From NCBI GenBank assembly GCA_977030845.1, contig OZ365111.1, forward strand, positions 24,552,001-24,616,000: a stretch of 64,000 bases of DNA, given 5' to 3'. Under the pieces are notes generated by a model. That model saw only the letters and a program-made list of their open reading frames with translations, did not search any database and was not told the DNA's origin. The DNA is from Fimbriosthenelais zetlandica (lineage: Eukaryota). Each line of letters begins with the position of its first letter. The stretch's first letter is position 1. Below are positions 12,101-24,812 of the stretch, piece by piece. The translations under genes were made by a program, and so were the position numbers.

Positions 12101-15100
12101 TAAAAATTCGAACTAAAAAAAAAAACAATAAAAAACTTTTCTCCCAAACGAAACAATTTTGTTATATGTCAGACGTTAAATTCCAACAATCTGGTTAAAA
12201 GTTGGACTTGTGTAATTAAAAGTCTCCGATTACTTGACGGTTAAAAATGTTATATTGAAAATAATATCTAAAGAAATATGTTTTTTTTTCATAGCATGAC
12301 ACGAGTGTTATTTCGGAGAAACCTAAATTTGAAGAATTTGGTTTGCACGAAGTCTTCATTATTTACAAGAAAGAAATGAGAGACGAGATTGAAACTGTAG
12401 CCAAATCATTGAACAAAATATTCAATGGAGTCCTAGGCATTGTACTCATGGAAGAGTAAGTCTTATTTTTGTCCTACTCAGATATTGTTCTTTCATCCTT
12501 TTGATTAATATTAAATTTTTGATTAAGTATTTTTTGAGTTCATAAGCAATATCTTCATTCGTTGAAATATGGAGCCATTATGATGAATTGTACCGTAAGT
12601 ATCAATTCCTCTTATCAATATTAAAGGATTTAACTTAAAGTTTTCTCCTTTGTGTTACAGAGGTTTTGAAGCAGTAAAGGAAGTATTTTCAGTGGGCCTG
12701 GAACAACTCCCAGCAGTTGCAATTAAATTGCGAGGATCTGTAAGTCACATTTCTACAAATGCTAAACAAATATTTACTGTGCAAATCGAATCATTCAAAC
12801 CATTAGTAATTATATTTTGCATAATTCATAAAACGTGAAAGTTCCCATGAATTTGGCATGAATACTTTAATTTTCTACGCTTGAACTTTGGTTATTAGGA
12901 ATGATCATTTATGTACTTAACAAGTACCTTTCTGTATTGTAGGATCAACCTTTAGTGATGCCTGGTATTTTTAATTCCCTGTCTGTGGAGGCATTTGTCT
13001 CTCATGCTTTGGACAGCACCTTACGTGAGGAATCTTTGATAGAACCTCCTGTTCCCTTCGAAGAGGAAGGTGATGCAACTATTCAAGATATTTCATGAAC
13101 GATTAATCCTTTTTAAAATTTAAATTGCCTGACTGCCAATATTTTTATTATCTGACCCAACCCTTCGCAGAGACATGCGTCTAAGCATGTCCGAAATAAT
13201 GTTTTAACTGAATTAAAATAGAATAAAACGGTAATATATGTCGATTCCCTTATACAAATCCCTCTTAAAAATGTTTCTGTAAACTTTCATGATTTCATGT
13301 GAGTTAAGCTTTGAGTTTCTCGATTAACATCGTTCAAACAAATCAATCAATGCTCATAATTATTCAAATGGGGAATGATCAAATTCACTCAGATATTTAG
13401 TAAATTCCATAAATAATTATTTTTTATTTTTCAGACGAGGCGGATGAGGGTATGCTGGCTGAAGTAGAGAAGCAGGATGACCAGGTAGCTGAGGCTGTGA
13501 GTAGACTAGATGATGTAGAGATAGACAGAAGCTTCATCCCTGTACTCACAGACAAGACATTCACTCCTCAAACCACTGAGTCCAACCTAAAAATTGTTCT
13601 CTTCTATTTAACATGTAAGTTAAACTTACCATGGACTTTTAATTCTCAAATATTTTCTTCTATAATTCTTAAGCAAGGATCGTTATATTTTGGCTATAAT
13701 AACTTTATATATTTACATATTTTTGTTTGTCTATACACTTTTGCTATTACCGTTAAAAGACATACCTTTTTATGTTTTAATTTTTGATATCAAGGTATGA
13801 TTTTCACATGATTTACTCTTTATATTCAGTTTTGTTAAAATCAAACATTTTCTTTTAATCAAACATCATAGGAGCAAAATGTTTTGTCCTAGGATTGGTT
13901 TTCATTCGAGTATAAACGGGTTTCTGCCAATAAAACAAAATAATGTTTAGTTTTATTTTTTCAGTTGATGCTGAGAGTATGGCGTTCATGAGGTCGTATG
14001 TGGACGCCTCCTTCATGCTGGCCAATGATAAACTTCATCCACTAGCGGCCATAGACTGCTTTGATTGGACAGACGTGTGTGGCAAAAATAACATTACAAG
14101 TTATCCCACCATCCGTATCTACAGAAAGGGACATGACTACACCACTTATAAAGGCATGCTGGGTGCCATACCCATCGTCAGTCTGGCCAAAATGTGAGAC
14201 ATCTCTGTTTTCTTTATTACAGTTTTAATTAATTGCATGTGGTGACAGGAATGTACCAGTAAAAGAAACATCGACCGAGAAGAGCAGGCCATTGTGTGCC
14301 GAGTATTTCCCTCTCGTCCTGAGATAGCTGAAGAATTGCTAACCTATGTCAAAATATTAATTATGAAAAATATTTTTAAAAAAACATGTGTATTTTGATT
14401 CTAAAATTTAACTAATTTTATGGGTAGTTTCTAATATTTCTAATCATAATATTGACTTGCAGGCTTCTGGTTGAATCCCCGCTTGTCCTGTCAAAACAGG
14501 AGGACCATGATCGTTTTGTGAAGGGAGAATACCCGAGCAACCTGAAAGATGCCACTGACACAGCTGTAGTTGGCATCTTCAGGGATAAAGGAGATGTTAA
14601 AGGTACCTGTACTTTTTAAAATTAAATTAATTTATTGATTAAATTTACCTAAGTATTTTAATTAAATCCTTTTACCTAAGTATTTTAATTAAGTCCACTC
14701 TAGACTCTCCCCAGCCCTCAATAGAGGCTGTGACACAAATATATCATTGAATTTATTTACAGTTTATTAATTCATTTCAGAATTTTCCTCGTTCAAGAGG
14801 GTGGCAGATCTAGAGTTTGGAAACACCTTATTTGGTTATGCTTCTCCCGGCCTCCTGCCTTCACTGTAAGCATAGATTTTCTACCCTTTTGAGAAATTGT
14901 TGTGGAATTAATTTCAGGATTTTCTTGAATTTATTTCTATTTTTTGAAGGTGCAAATATTACGGAGTAGAAGCACCAGTCATCGTGTTACTTAAGCGTCA
15001 CGACAAGTTAAACTCAGTGAGAATTCTCAACAAAGACATCAGAACCTCCACCATACTAAGTTTTGTGAAGGAAGCGTCTCTAGCCATATTTGTAAGTTTT

Positions 15101-16951
15101 AGAAATCATTTTAAAAGATACAAATTCACCTCTATTTTGTTAACTATAATATAGGCATATTCCATTCCAGTCAGATATCCATGGGTTGGCCCAGATATTT
15201 TAATTCATTTGTATTAATATTGTAAAGTTGTATTTTTTATCTTTCCACCCCTCAAAGAGGAGGTGCATTTAGGTGCAAATCTTTTGTTGAGGATTCAAAT
15301 TGGAATTCAAATTCAAATTTGTCATTACTCCTTCACTGAAATGGTTGTAAATATTTTAAAATTATTTTATAATTAATAAATGAATCGATTGATCTACACA
15401 GGGGAATTAAATGTATTTTTGATGTATTTTTCAGCCTGAGATTACCCCTGTTAATTTCCCGGCCTACTTCAGCCAGAAGAAGCCTTTTGTTCTCTTATTT
15501 GATGAGAATATCTTGGAGGGGCAGGGTGCTCACGGGGAGGTGGCCGCCGTGGCTGCTACCATGCAGTTCCCTCAATTCATCTTCGGCTGGCTAGAACTGT
15601 AAGTCTCAGCTGTACCCAAGGAATGAATGAATGAATGAATAGAGGAATGAATTAATGGATTAATGAGTGGAGGAATAATGGCTGGAAGAATGGATAAAGA
15701 ATGAATGGACGGGGGAATGAATGGAGGAATAAACGCATGAATGAATGAATGAATGAATGAATGAATGAATGAATAAATGAATGGATGAATGATTGAACGA
15801 AGGAAGGAATGAATGTAGGAATATAGGAATCAATGAAAGAACATGAGTACCATAATCTATTTATTATAATTTACATGCCCTTTTTTCTATGTCCAGGACC
15901 CGTGATGATGGTGTTGGAGGTAAGATCTTGCTGGAGTATAATTCTGAGGCTGAACCCCCGTCCCTCTTCATCGTCGACCACTCAACGGTACGGAGCTCAA
16001 TATTTTAATTTAGTTCATTATTAGTATTCTTCATCTAAATTCTTTTTTAAAGTGCTAATTGGAATTATTCATAACTATAGGATATCATTTAGTATTTTCA
16101 ATTGTAAATTGTATGATTAATTTTTTTCCAGGCTGCAATATACAGTTATCAAGGCGGAGAAGTGAAGAGGGACCAAGTCGATGAATGGCTTCGTAGTGTT
16201 CATAGAGGCGAAATCAAACCTTGGAGTAAGATTTTATTCCATTTATTATTGATATCTTTTAAGTTTTACGATTAGAAATAATCTATTTGTCTTTGGAACC
16301 CTATCTGAATTTTACTTGCTAATCTCAACATGAATTTGTATTTTAGAGATGCTTCAAAATGAGGAATGGAAACCGCTAAATCCTGGTTATGATTTCTTGA
16401 GAATGATTGATGAAGAAAATGCAGAGGAGGAAGAACGCTCTGCTTACAAAGGTGTGTACACATGGCTATATATAACTAATCAATGTACCATACATTAATT
16501 AGTTGCATTTTACATTGAGTATAATGCTTCGGAAGAATGTCTTTTGTGGCCTTGAAAAGCAGTTCTTTTTCAAGATTTAGAGCCTTAAAAACTGTATTTC
16601 TGTTCAAGACAGTTCTTATTAAATAGGCCTGTTATCCTACCAGAATATATATTATCCCAGGTAAACAGAAGAACTCCATTTAAACTAATTTTGACACTTT
16701 TCATTATAACGTAATTGTGACTGATAATCATATATAATGACAAAAACTGGTCATCACTTATATATATATTTCTCACCCAATCCGGCACTACAGCGCCACC
16801 AATGTGGAGCCGGCGAACTGCGCCACCAGACGAGGAGAAGGAGAAGCAGATCCGAGCTGAGCTCCACTCCATGTATCTACAGTCTAACGAGATGTCTTCA
16901 ACTACAACAAAAACACCGCCTAACATGGAAAACCCACATTCCGAACTGTGA
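3131..16951 (+). CDS. TXNDC16: Thioredoxin domain-containing protein 16 (ERp90-like), 20 coding exons
   Basis: Exons 3131-3311, 3617-3699, 3812-3894, 10896-10970, 11227-11348, 11611-11701, 11808-11958, 12295-12455, 12661-12739, 12943-13069, 13435-13614, 13965-14193, 14463-14602, 14781-14865, 14950-15091, 15435-15598, 15897-15987, 16132-16225, 16347-16451, 16794-16951, all GT-AG and frame-consistent. N-terminal signal peptide; [10 protein letters not shown] and SMAF...[10 protein letters not shown]...YPTIRIY...YKGMLG motifs resemble TXNDC16; no CxxC active site; ends HSEL-stop. Confidence 0.88.
3948..4215 (+). repeat. 5' LTR (268 bp)
   Basis: Reads identical to 10315-10582 by eye; TG...CA ends with 8-bp terminal inverted repeat. 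Confidence 0.95.
4217..4231 (+). other. Primer binding site, tRNA-Leu-like
   Basis: TGGTACCTAGGAGTG lies 1 nt after the 5' LTR. It is complementary, with one extra T, to the remembered 3' end of tRNA-Leu(UAA) (CACTCCTGGTACCA). Confidence 0.7.
4235..6414 (+). mobile_element. Helentron-type non-autonomous element (HINE-like) nested in the LTR element
   Basis: 5' AATCCCATTTCCCC subterminal repeat folding back on GGGGAAAATGGG, then a T/TTA-rich tract. The inverted copy GGGGAAATGGGATT (6371-6384) is followed by a small hairpin and CTAG|TT. Both ends and about 800 bp of body are shared with the copy at 52670-54060. Confidence 0.7.
7376..9061 (+). pseudogene. Gag-like ORF (about 560 codons) interrupted by one in-frame TAA
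   Basis: ORFs 7376-7903 and 8192-9061 are in the same frame, and 7904-8191 is open. Domains: N-terminal HhH-like segment, Arg/Ser-rich tract, KIPTYDG...W..Y..QF retrotransposon-gag core, coiled coil, and a knuckle [14 protein letters not shown] with the last Cys replaced by Trp. Confidence 0.85.
9052..9096 (+). promoter_or_regulatory. Programmed -1 ribosomal frameshift signal (G GGA AAC plus downstream GC-rich stem-loop)
   Basis: The heptamer GGGAAAC (9052-9058) is in XXXYYYZ phase directly before the gag TAG. After a 5-nt spacer, CAGGGG (9064-9069) pairs with CCCCTG (9091-9096), with an inner GGCC/GGCC stem. Confidence 0.7.
9148..10032 (+). CDS. Second ORF of the LTR element (-1 frame relative to gag), Pro-rich with 23-aa repeats; function unknown
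   Basis: 294-aa ORF whose frame is already open from the slippery site at 9052; repeats of [23 protein letters not shown] type. Confidence 0.45.
   Translation: MPHNSPQGDDKSDKAMGLGGSLVSSATSRGVTCELQNGLQGHPHSTQHAVARTSMVSNSHSHQPYDAWKLGCAPQTPVHRAGLASPPPPTDRPPDGTLRVVHGAGFSSPPPPTDRPPDGTLRLVHGAGFSSPPTPTDRPPDGTLRLVPGAGFSSPPTPTDRPPDDTWRPVHGTGLVSPPTPTDRPPDDTWRPVHGVGLISPLTPTDRPPHGTQEPALVPGAGSDTCLSPTSRPPDGSPPPSCDHSGWFPGSETSIRNVEFRETWGPLGLDFRRKLPAAVIMELAAANAEALFRL
9398..9850 (+). repeat. 69-bp minisatellite, about 6.5 copies
   Basis: CCAGTCC unit starts at 9398, 9467 and 9536 (period 69), diverging towards the 3' end. Confidence 0.9.
10301..10314 (+). other. Polypurine tract
   Basis: AAAACAGGGGGGAA abutting the 3' LTR. 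Confidence 0.85.
10315..10582 (+). repeat. 3' LTR (268 bp)
   Basis: Reads identical to the 5' LTR by eye. Confidence 0.95.
10583..10690. repeat. (CCAT)n microsatellite split by the LTR insertion (left part 3932-3947)
   Basis: CATC/CCAT units on both sides of the element. Confidence 0.85.
15624..15815. repeat. (AATG)n microsatellite in a TXNDC16 intron
   Basis: Imperfect GAAT/AATG run. Confidence 0.9.
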
Positions 16952-18807
16952 TTTACAGCCACAGTGACCATGATATTATATTATTGACACGACCAGTCAA
17001 AAGACTTACATTAGGGACCACTAAAACTTATCTTCGTATAAATCTGTAGCTACGAAGTGAACCAAACCAAATCAAATGTCTTCTTTTATTAATTATATTT
17101 ATACATATTATTTTTGATGCCATGGATAATGTCTGTATGAGTAATATTGTTAGATCTTAATGGACTTTAATGATCTAAAGATTATTCTAAGGGACAAGAT
17201 CTCGTTCTCATATTTTCTGGAGATTAGACCGAATATAGTTTTTTCCACATGAACTGATAGTTATATATCTGGTACATTATTGCCTAGATAATATAATTAT
17301 ATTGTATCTTATATCGTGTTAATGTGTATTCATTGTGTCGTTTACAGGCATGTGTCATGACTTTTGTTAAAATTATTTTTCACAGATACCGGTATTAAGT
17401 CTACATGTGAAAACTGTGATGTTCTCAAGTACTTACATTCCCATGGGTCGGGCATAGGCCTATATATTGTTGTCATATATTTAATCATTTATTGTTGTTC
17501 TACAGCAAGTCCAATACGAAAATCCCCAAAGACATTCCTTTTCATGTGTTTGAATTATGAAGTGTGGCACAGATTTTATGTTAAATATACATTATGAAGT
17601 AATTTGAAGAATTACATAGAATAAGGTAGACACTTTTTGTCTCTCAAAGAAGATGTTATTTTCAAGTCTTTTAACCAGTCTCTTTGACGATTATGATGGA
17701 AATAAAATAGTATATTCTGTATTAATTCCGATGTTCTCTGAATAAACGTCATTGAATGTCGTACTAATTATTCATATCTTTCATTTCAATACTTATGAGT
17801 GTTGACAGTAATTGTCCCACACAAATCTCAAAGGGTTACCAACTTTTATAATTGAATAACATGGTACTTGTGAATCACATAACCAACACCATTAATCAGT
17901 TAGGGACAGATCTATGTCGTAGATGCAAAGTTCTAATTTATACAGAAGCGGGTTGTTTGAATTTAAAATGGGTCATTTTTCTTTGCTGACAATATTGTGA
18001 CAATCAAAATACATGGATCCACGAAGATCTCTTGGATGATAAGAATATGCATAGGCAATGCAGGCAACTTTATGATCAAGGGAATATGACAATCACACAG
18101 GACTGTCCTACAATGAATGGTGTAGCATTGAAACATGTTAAAGCCATGTCTTAGTTACATACGATTTTTCCTCTTTCAAACAAATTCAATACAAAAATGT
18201 ACTTGTTCATGCATTCAGATTATCCCCTAATTAATCTTCTAGGAATTAATGGGGTTTGCTATATATAGTCAAGCGGACAATGGGGGTAATTGTACAGGAT
18301 TTGCGAAAATGTTATTATTAGTACTCCCCACATCCTTTTCAGAACACCCAGGCCTGGGGTATGTTTCAAAAGAAACATGCGCTTCATGGTACAATGGGTT
18401 TAACACGGGGTAATGCTGCACTTTTTATTTATGAAACGGGACCTTGAAACAACCAGAACGCCATCGAGGCCAAAGCAGCAGTTGAAGCAGCACTGGTCAC
18501 AAACTATAGAAGTAGGCATAGCTTCTGCTGCAGCTTTAATACGGCCTGCCTAGCACTGCAAACAGCTGCAGCCTACTCCATCCCATGGATCATTATTGGT
18601 TCGCATATCATTACTACTGACCCTGAACGCGTGGATAGAAGCAGGGACGCTTGTCACATAGATGACAACAATAGCTAGGCATCCTTGTCCTCACTTATAA
18701 CATTGAACCTCCTTGTCAAAGATAGTGGAAATTCTGATAGCGGATATAGATAACACTAAAGGAAAAGGCAGGGGTTCTGAGATTACGTGAGGAAACCATT
18801 GGGCAAA

Positions 18808-21800
18808 ATGTCGGTGACTTACGAGGACATCCTTGCAGCAGCCAAAAGGATCCAACCCTATATCCACAGAACGCCGGTTTTCACCTCATCTCACATAGAC
18901 CAAGTTGTGGGGAGACAGGTGTATTTTAAATGTGAAAATTTTCAGAAAACTGGATCTTTCAAAGCTCGAGGAGCGCTCAATGCAGTGAGTTTCACTCTTC
19001 TTCTCTTTTTACTCAATTAAATCGGCTAATATTAAATATCGGTTAATATGTTTTATTTTTAACAAATATTGAGATCAGATTTAGGCTATCTTTATGACTT
19101 TGATTTCCTTGCCTCCTGAACTGAAGTTTTTAACACAATATTTACTTATAAATACTCCCGTGTATGACTAACCTATATACCGGTACATAGTCAAGGACAT
19201 TGGTTGCCCTCGCAGATTAACTGGAGGAGGGCATTGTAGGCCTATTATAGGCGATTATCCTGTCACATATTTAGCACAACCGATTTTAATTGCACAAACA
19301 CAACCCCCATCTATTTGCTACATGTATAAGTCCCGTATAATTGTAGTAAAATATGTAATACCTTTTCAATTTTGTGTGTGTAATACAATGGTTTTATAGC
19401 TAAAGCAACGAAATGTTTTGCTCCAGAATACACAATATATACAAGCATCGATATCTATATTCAAACAAACAGTTTAGACATTGCACGGAATATGTTTCGG
19501 TTAAAGGGGTTTTTATTTGGATTAGTTGTCAAAACAAAGGTTCCAAATAGTAAAGAAGATGGGGTTTGATCTATAGAGGCATCCAGTATCAAAACAAAGG
19601 TTCCAAATAGGTCTACTTTCAAAATATATCAAAATATATGTAATATTCTGGGGGTCAATTGCTCCAATATGTTATAATTGTTCGTCTTTCTTTTAGGTGC
19701 TTAAAATAAAGGAAGCAGACCCCAACCATCCTGGAGTAGTGAGTGTTTCCTTTTTTATCTAAAAAAAAATAGAGTATACATCACTCATTAACTTATGTAG
19801 CTTATTGCTATATAACTTAATTAATTGATATTTTCTATGAAAAGTTTGAGAATTTGATAATAAATGTCTACCATCTCTGCAGTTAATGAGTTAAGCCCAA
19901 CGGAAGAGGTCAGAAATTGGGCCATATTACTATCTATTGGGGCATAAATCCATGGTTTATCAATGCTTGATGTATACAGAGAATTCCTAAAATAGACAAT
20001 GATATAGACATCAATGAAGTAACTATCTCTATCAGTAGATCTAAATCTATAGATAGGCTGGGCAAACAATTAAGTCTACTAAGGGGGCGGATCCAGCGTT
20101 TTGGAAAGGAGTTAGGAGGTGTACTATTTGGCTATATTTAGTATTTGAGAACAAATTTCCTAAAGGGTTTGGGAGTAGGGGGAGGTTCTGATCCCCTAAG
20201 ATCCGCCTCTGTTCTAGTGAAATTCAGTTTGATAATATTTATAAATCGTGGCAGATTGTATACATTTAAATCTAATTTATTATAGGTCGGGAACATTGTA
20301 TACATTTAAAGAGCCCCAGCCACCAATAATTAAATTTTATTTTAATTTATTTCAGGCCACACACAGTAGTGGCAACCATGCCCAAGCCCTGTCCTATGCT
20401 GCAGGTACAGCAGGTTTAGCGGCATCAGTGATTGTACCTAACAACACACCCAGTGTGAAATGTGATGCTATCAGGGGGTATGGGGGGACGCTTTACTTCT
20501 GTGAACCTAATCCCGTCTCCAGGTAACAAAATTTATTATGTTTTACATGAAAATTCACTAGTAACGCAACTTAATTGATCAGGCAGCATAATTATGGTGT
20601 TGTAATAGTCATGGCAAATTCACGCAACGTTAGAAAATATTACATTTATATCTCTGAGAGCAAAGCCACACATTTTGGTAATTGGAAAGACCAGGGACTG
20701 GTTTCAGAAAAGCTAGTTTCAGAGAAGCATTGCACTATCCAATGGTATAGAAAAGGTAATCCTAGAAATGAAACGCGTCTTTCTTCTGTGGGTTCCACGA
20801 TAATCTTTTCGCATAGATTAATAATTTACCTATGTATATATCTTTACCTATGTACCTATGCATAGATTCCTATTTATTTATAATTTCCAACGGCATTATT
20901 AGAATGGGCAGGTGCAAACCAAATTAGACACGCTGACCTCGAGCGTTGTTCCATGCATATACGCGATGCATTATGCATTAAAGCTATAATTCCATCAGCC
21001 CTTGCATCTCATGCAAGCATGACGAAGCTATATTATTAGAAACATGGGCAACTAATCTGTCAGGTAGATTTTTAAACTGAATCTTTGGCGGATCCAGAAG
21101 GCCTGGGGTGGGGTCAGGACCAAAGATGTTTTCACATCTTGTGAAAAAATACTATTTTTTTGTGATTAATTTACAGGGCAGAGACGTGTGAAGAAGTCCG
21201 CCAGCGTTTGGGACAGACGTACATATCCTCTCACGATCATCTTGATGTCATTGCTGGACAGGTAAAATAATGAATAATTATTATAAATTATAAAAGGTCA
21301 TTATGAATAAATGAATTCCTACTTTAAATTGTAAAGTTATTAGGACTAAATTAAGGCCCCCAGAATCAAACCAGAGTGAGTCACTCACCTGAATTAATAA
21401 ATTTTTGTTTCAAATTTTAAAATATTTTCAGGGTACGATAGCCATTGAGATGCTGGAGGATGTTCCTGATTTAGATGCTTTGTTTGTCTGTGCATCAGGG
21501 GGAGGTCTTATCACTGGTAATGGACTGGCTATGAAACATTTAAGACCTGAATCCAAAGGTAAAAATACGTTATACTAATCTATAGTCTATCATGCCTAAT
21601 CACCTATAGTACTAAAAGTATGATTATACTAAAATCAATTAAAATCCATAATACAATTATGAATATAAAATAAATTAAATGTATTATTCTGTAAATATCC
21701 ATGTATAATTTGACTATTGTACATTTTTGCATTGAAATTTTCTCTATTTTACAGTGTACGTTGTGGAGCCGAAGGGTAAAAATCTTGGGCCTTGTATGGA

Positions 21801-22571
21801 GTCAGGTAGGTCTAAATGTATTAAAATATCCTGGTCCCTCTACACTTTTAATTATTGTCTCTAAACAGTAATAACTTTCACCAATGGTGCAATATTTTGT
21901 GAAAATTTGGACAAAGAAATATCCATTATCATCACTACTAATAGTTTATATTTAAGTTTTTATTATGAAAGGTTTTCCCTTCCAGGAAAGAGACTTTGGT
22001 CCAATCCACCAGAATATGTGGATACCATAGGTGACGGTATAAGGGTACAACAGATCGGACATAACTGCTTCCCTATGATCTTAAAAATGGTGGAAAAGGA
22101 TGTCTTTACTGTGGTAAGTGCCTATACTATTTTCGTTAGATAAATTTCCAATTGAATACAGTTCTCTTTCCTTCAATAGTCCTATAGCATATATGCTGTA
22201 TGTGGTCAATATATTTTTCAATTCTAGAACAACCATGAGATTTCTGAGGCCATGAAACTTATTTGGGCTAGGATGAAGGTGGGTCTGCTACTTGTCATAT
22301 GACATTTTACATCTCCTTTTTCAGTCGTATATCTTACGTACAAATCTCAGTCCATTTTAACACTTTAGTCGCAGGCTTTGCCCAATGCTAATAATATTAT
22401 TGTTATTTTTTTTTTATTCAGCTTGTCATCGAAACAGCTGCCGCTGCAACAGTGGCCGCAGTCCTCTCAGAGAAGATGAAAACCCTCGATCCTTCCATAA
22501 AAAAAGTGGGAGTCATACTCTGTGGTGGCAATGTGGACCTGGAGAAATTACCCTGGCAAAACGGTTACTAA
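18808..22571 (+). CDS. SRR: PLP-dependent serine/aspartate racemase family enzyme, 9 exons, 325 aa
   Basis: Exons 18808-18984, 19697-19738, 20356-20522, 21177-21261, 21432-21558, 21755-21805, 21986-22113, 22228-22278, 22422-22571. Motifs: KCENFQKTGSFKARGALNA (PLP Lys), THSSGNHAQA, IAGQGT, SGGGL, CGGNVD. Confidence 0.92.
20082..20211. mobile_element. Short GGCGGATCC...GATCCGCC TIR-type MITE in an SRR intron (related remnants near 21087 and 62751-62859)
   Basis: AGGGGGCGGATCC at the left and GATCCGCCTCTG at the right; no clean TSD. Confidence 0.55.
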
Positions 22572-23425
22572 AAAATTATAGTCGCATTTATAGCGGACCA
22601 ACCCGCATTGTTACCCTATACCCCTGTTATTAAACATTATTGCAGTGTTTAATTTTTTCCTAGATATTTCTAGTGATTAACGATAACCGTTATAAAAATA
22701 TACTGTTACCTGTTAGCTATTTTTCTTTGAAATGTTCACCACTACCGATTGGATGCTGTACAATTTTTTTCATTGTCTTAGTTATGGAGTAATGCAAAAA
22801 CTAAGAACATAGATATTAACAATCCGTGATAAGATTTTATCATTGTTCGTAAGCAGAGTCATTGATAGTTAGAATTATACATGCTGTGTTTAGCTGCAGG
22901 TTTGACTGAAATTTATTGCTAGGAAAGAAACTGTGGGGCATTACCGTAATTTAAATTCCTAGTAGAATGTTATGATATATTACAATGTATAACATAGAGA
23001 AACCTTATTTTGGTCGTGGTATTTTCCTATTTTCTAATACTTTTAGAGATGGAGAATAAACATATGATGTGCTCCGGTGTAGATATTATGACACATGTAC
23101 TTTGCCAGAGTCACGTGTTCTTTTTCAAATGCCACCCAATAGTTATTGGTTTGTGAGTCACTCTATGTGATATTAATTCTACAGCCTACAACTTGATTTC
23201 ATAGATTTATTAGCAAGATTGCGATTTACATTTTAACATAAAAATGAATAAAGTTGAATAGAATTGATGATGTTTCACGCGTGCTTTAATACATTCGAGA
23301 TTTGTTCTTTTCATGAGTTTTTCGACAGACTATTTTATAACGGTGGATAAATCTAGTTCCAATCCTGCCAATCCTGTAAACTCCTATCTATCGTTAAAAA
23401 CATCTCTTTGATTCAAATTTAATTT

Positions 23426-24484
23426 TCAAGCAAATATATCATCACCAGAGAAAAGGTCTATTTTCGCTACGGGTACCCTTTGTTTAGAGTTCCTGATGTT
23501 AGGTGGGATCACTTCCCCTGTGGCCTGTTCCCCTGTGGCCCCTCTTTGGGGTCTGTGTAAATTCCTAGGGGAGGCTTTTCCAGAACCAGCTCCGTTGGAG
23601 GGCCTGCAGCTCGTTTGTGATTGGCTGGCGTCCACTGGAAGTAGGGCGACCCTAGCGGCAGAGTAGGCTGCAGTCGGTAAGGCTGGACTGGCAATGGGTG
23701 CAGTGAAGCCGGTGAGGGGGCTGGCACAAGGCACGATCTGGTCGTCTGTGAACAATTAAAGTTGATGTTCAATTCGAAAAATGAATATAGTTGATATAGT
23801 TTTACAATAACTATTATAAGCAAGTTTCTGTTTCCCGTGCGTGTCTAGGGCTGATTCCACTTATTATTTTTTGTAAAAAAAAATTGTGTTGACTTAATAA
23901 TTTACTAAAAATATTGATAGCCTATAGAGTCTAGGCTATACTTAATAGCACTACAGAAATAAGCAAGGATAGGGGCTTACCACTGCATTTGGACTGAGCT
24001 GAAGTAAAAATGCTCCTTCCAGGGGTATTCTGGCTACCTTGGGAATCCCTACTCACTATAGGCCTATCAATCCTGTTTCTCATTGGCGTCACTGGCATCT
24101 GAAAATTTCCTGTAATTTAAACAAGTTACCGGTATTTCTTTATTTCTTTTTATATTTCTCAATCTGCCTAGGCCTACACATGTGCAAATTAGTGCGGTAG
24201 GGCCTACCAATAATTAAAATTAGCTTTAATATTGCTATTTTGATAGGAATACAATTCAGAATTATTCTGCGTAGGCCTACATTACAAGTCAAATATTACG
24301 GTACAGGTGAAATCCTACCGGACAGGAATGGGCTCCTAGACCTAGGATCTTGCTCCCCAAATGAACATGTAGGCATATTTCTGACTTGGGGCACCACTGC
24401 TGCTGGCGATTGGGCATTTTGGTTGTTGACAAAAGGTGCAATAGTCCCAAGATTGGGTGTACCTGGCACGTACTGGCTCATCAT
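23426..24484 (-). CDS. Uncharacterised low-complexity protein, about 205 aa, probably 3 coding exons
   Basis: Exons 24305-24484, 23981-24098 and 23426-23745 join in frame (MMSQYVPGTP...MPVTPMRNR...DDQIVPCASP...IDLFSGDDIFA-stop). Upstream non-coding exon donor near 24711. The first donor (CCT|GTACCG) is weak, and a 2-exon alternative exists. Confidence 0.5.
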
Positions 24485-24711
24485 TGGATATCTTAGCCAA
24501 GTGAAACAATAAAAACCTGAGGCTGAGCCTGAGCCTGAGAAAAACACAAAAAAAAGTGTCAAAATCAAGAGATAAATAAGAAAATCGGCAAAAATACGTG
24601 AGTAAAGAGAAAGTTAAGTCTACTATGACTAGACAATGAGTTCCTGGCAGGTCAAGTGTTTTATAGAAGTTGTTTTACGTGATTATTTAACTATTTTCAC
24701 TGGTTTTTTAC

Positions 24712-24812
24712 CTTGTCTGCTTCACGGGAACGTGATCTTGGAGAACCGGAACCGGAAGTATGCGCAGCAACCAGACGTAAACAACAAGCCGACTTCGAGG
24801 AAGAAGTGGAAA
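24712..24812. promoter_or_regulatory. Very compact bidirectional promoter / first non-coding exons of the orphan(-) and MEIKIN-like(+) genes
   Basis: Minus-strand donor at 24711 and plus-strand AAAG|GTAAGT donor near 24813, about 100 bp apart. Tandem ETS-type ACCGGAACCGGAAGT at 24745-24759. Confidence 0.55.

Noticed and set aside
18440-18720. GC-richer, Cys-rich-looking stretch upstream of SRR on the minus strand
   Set aside because: Contains stops, no splice context, no recognisable family.
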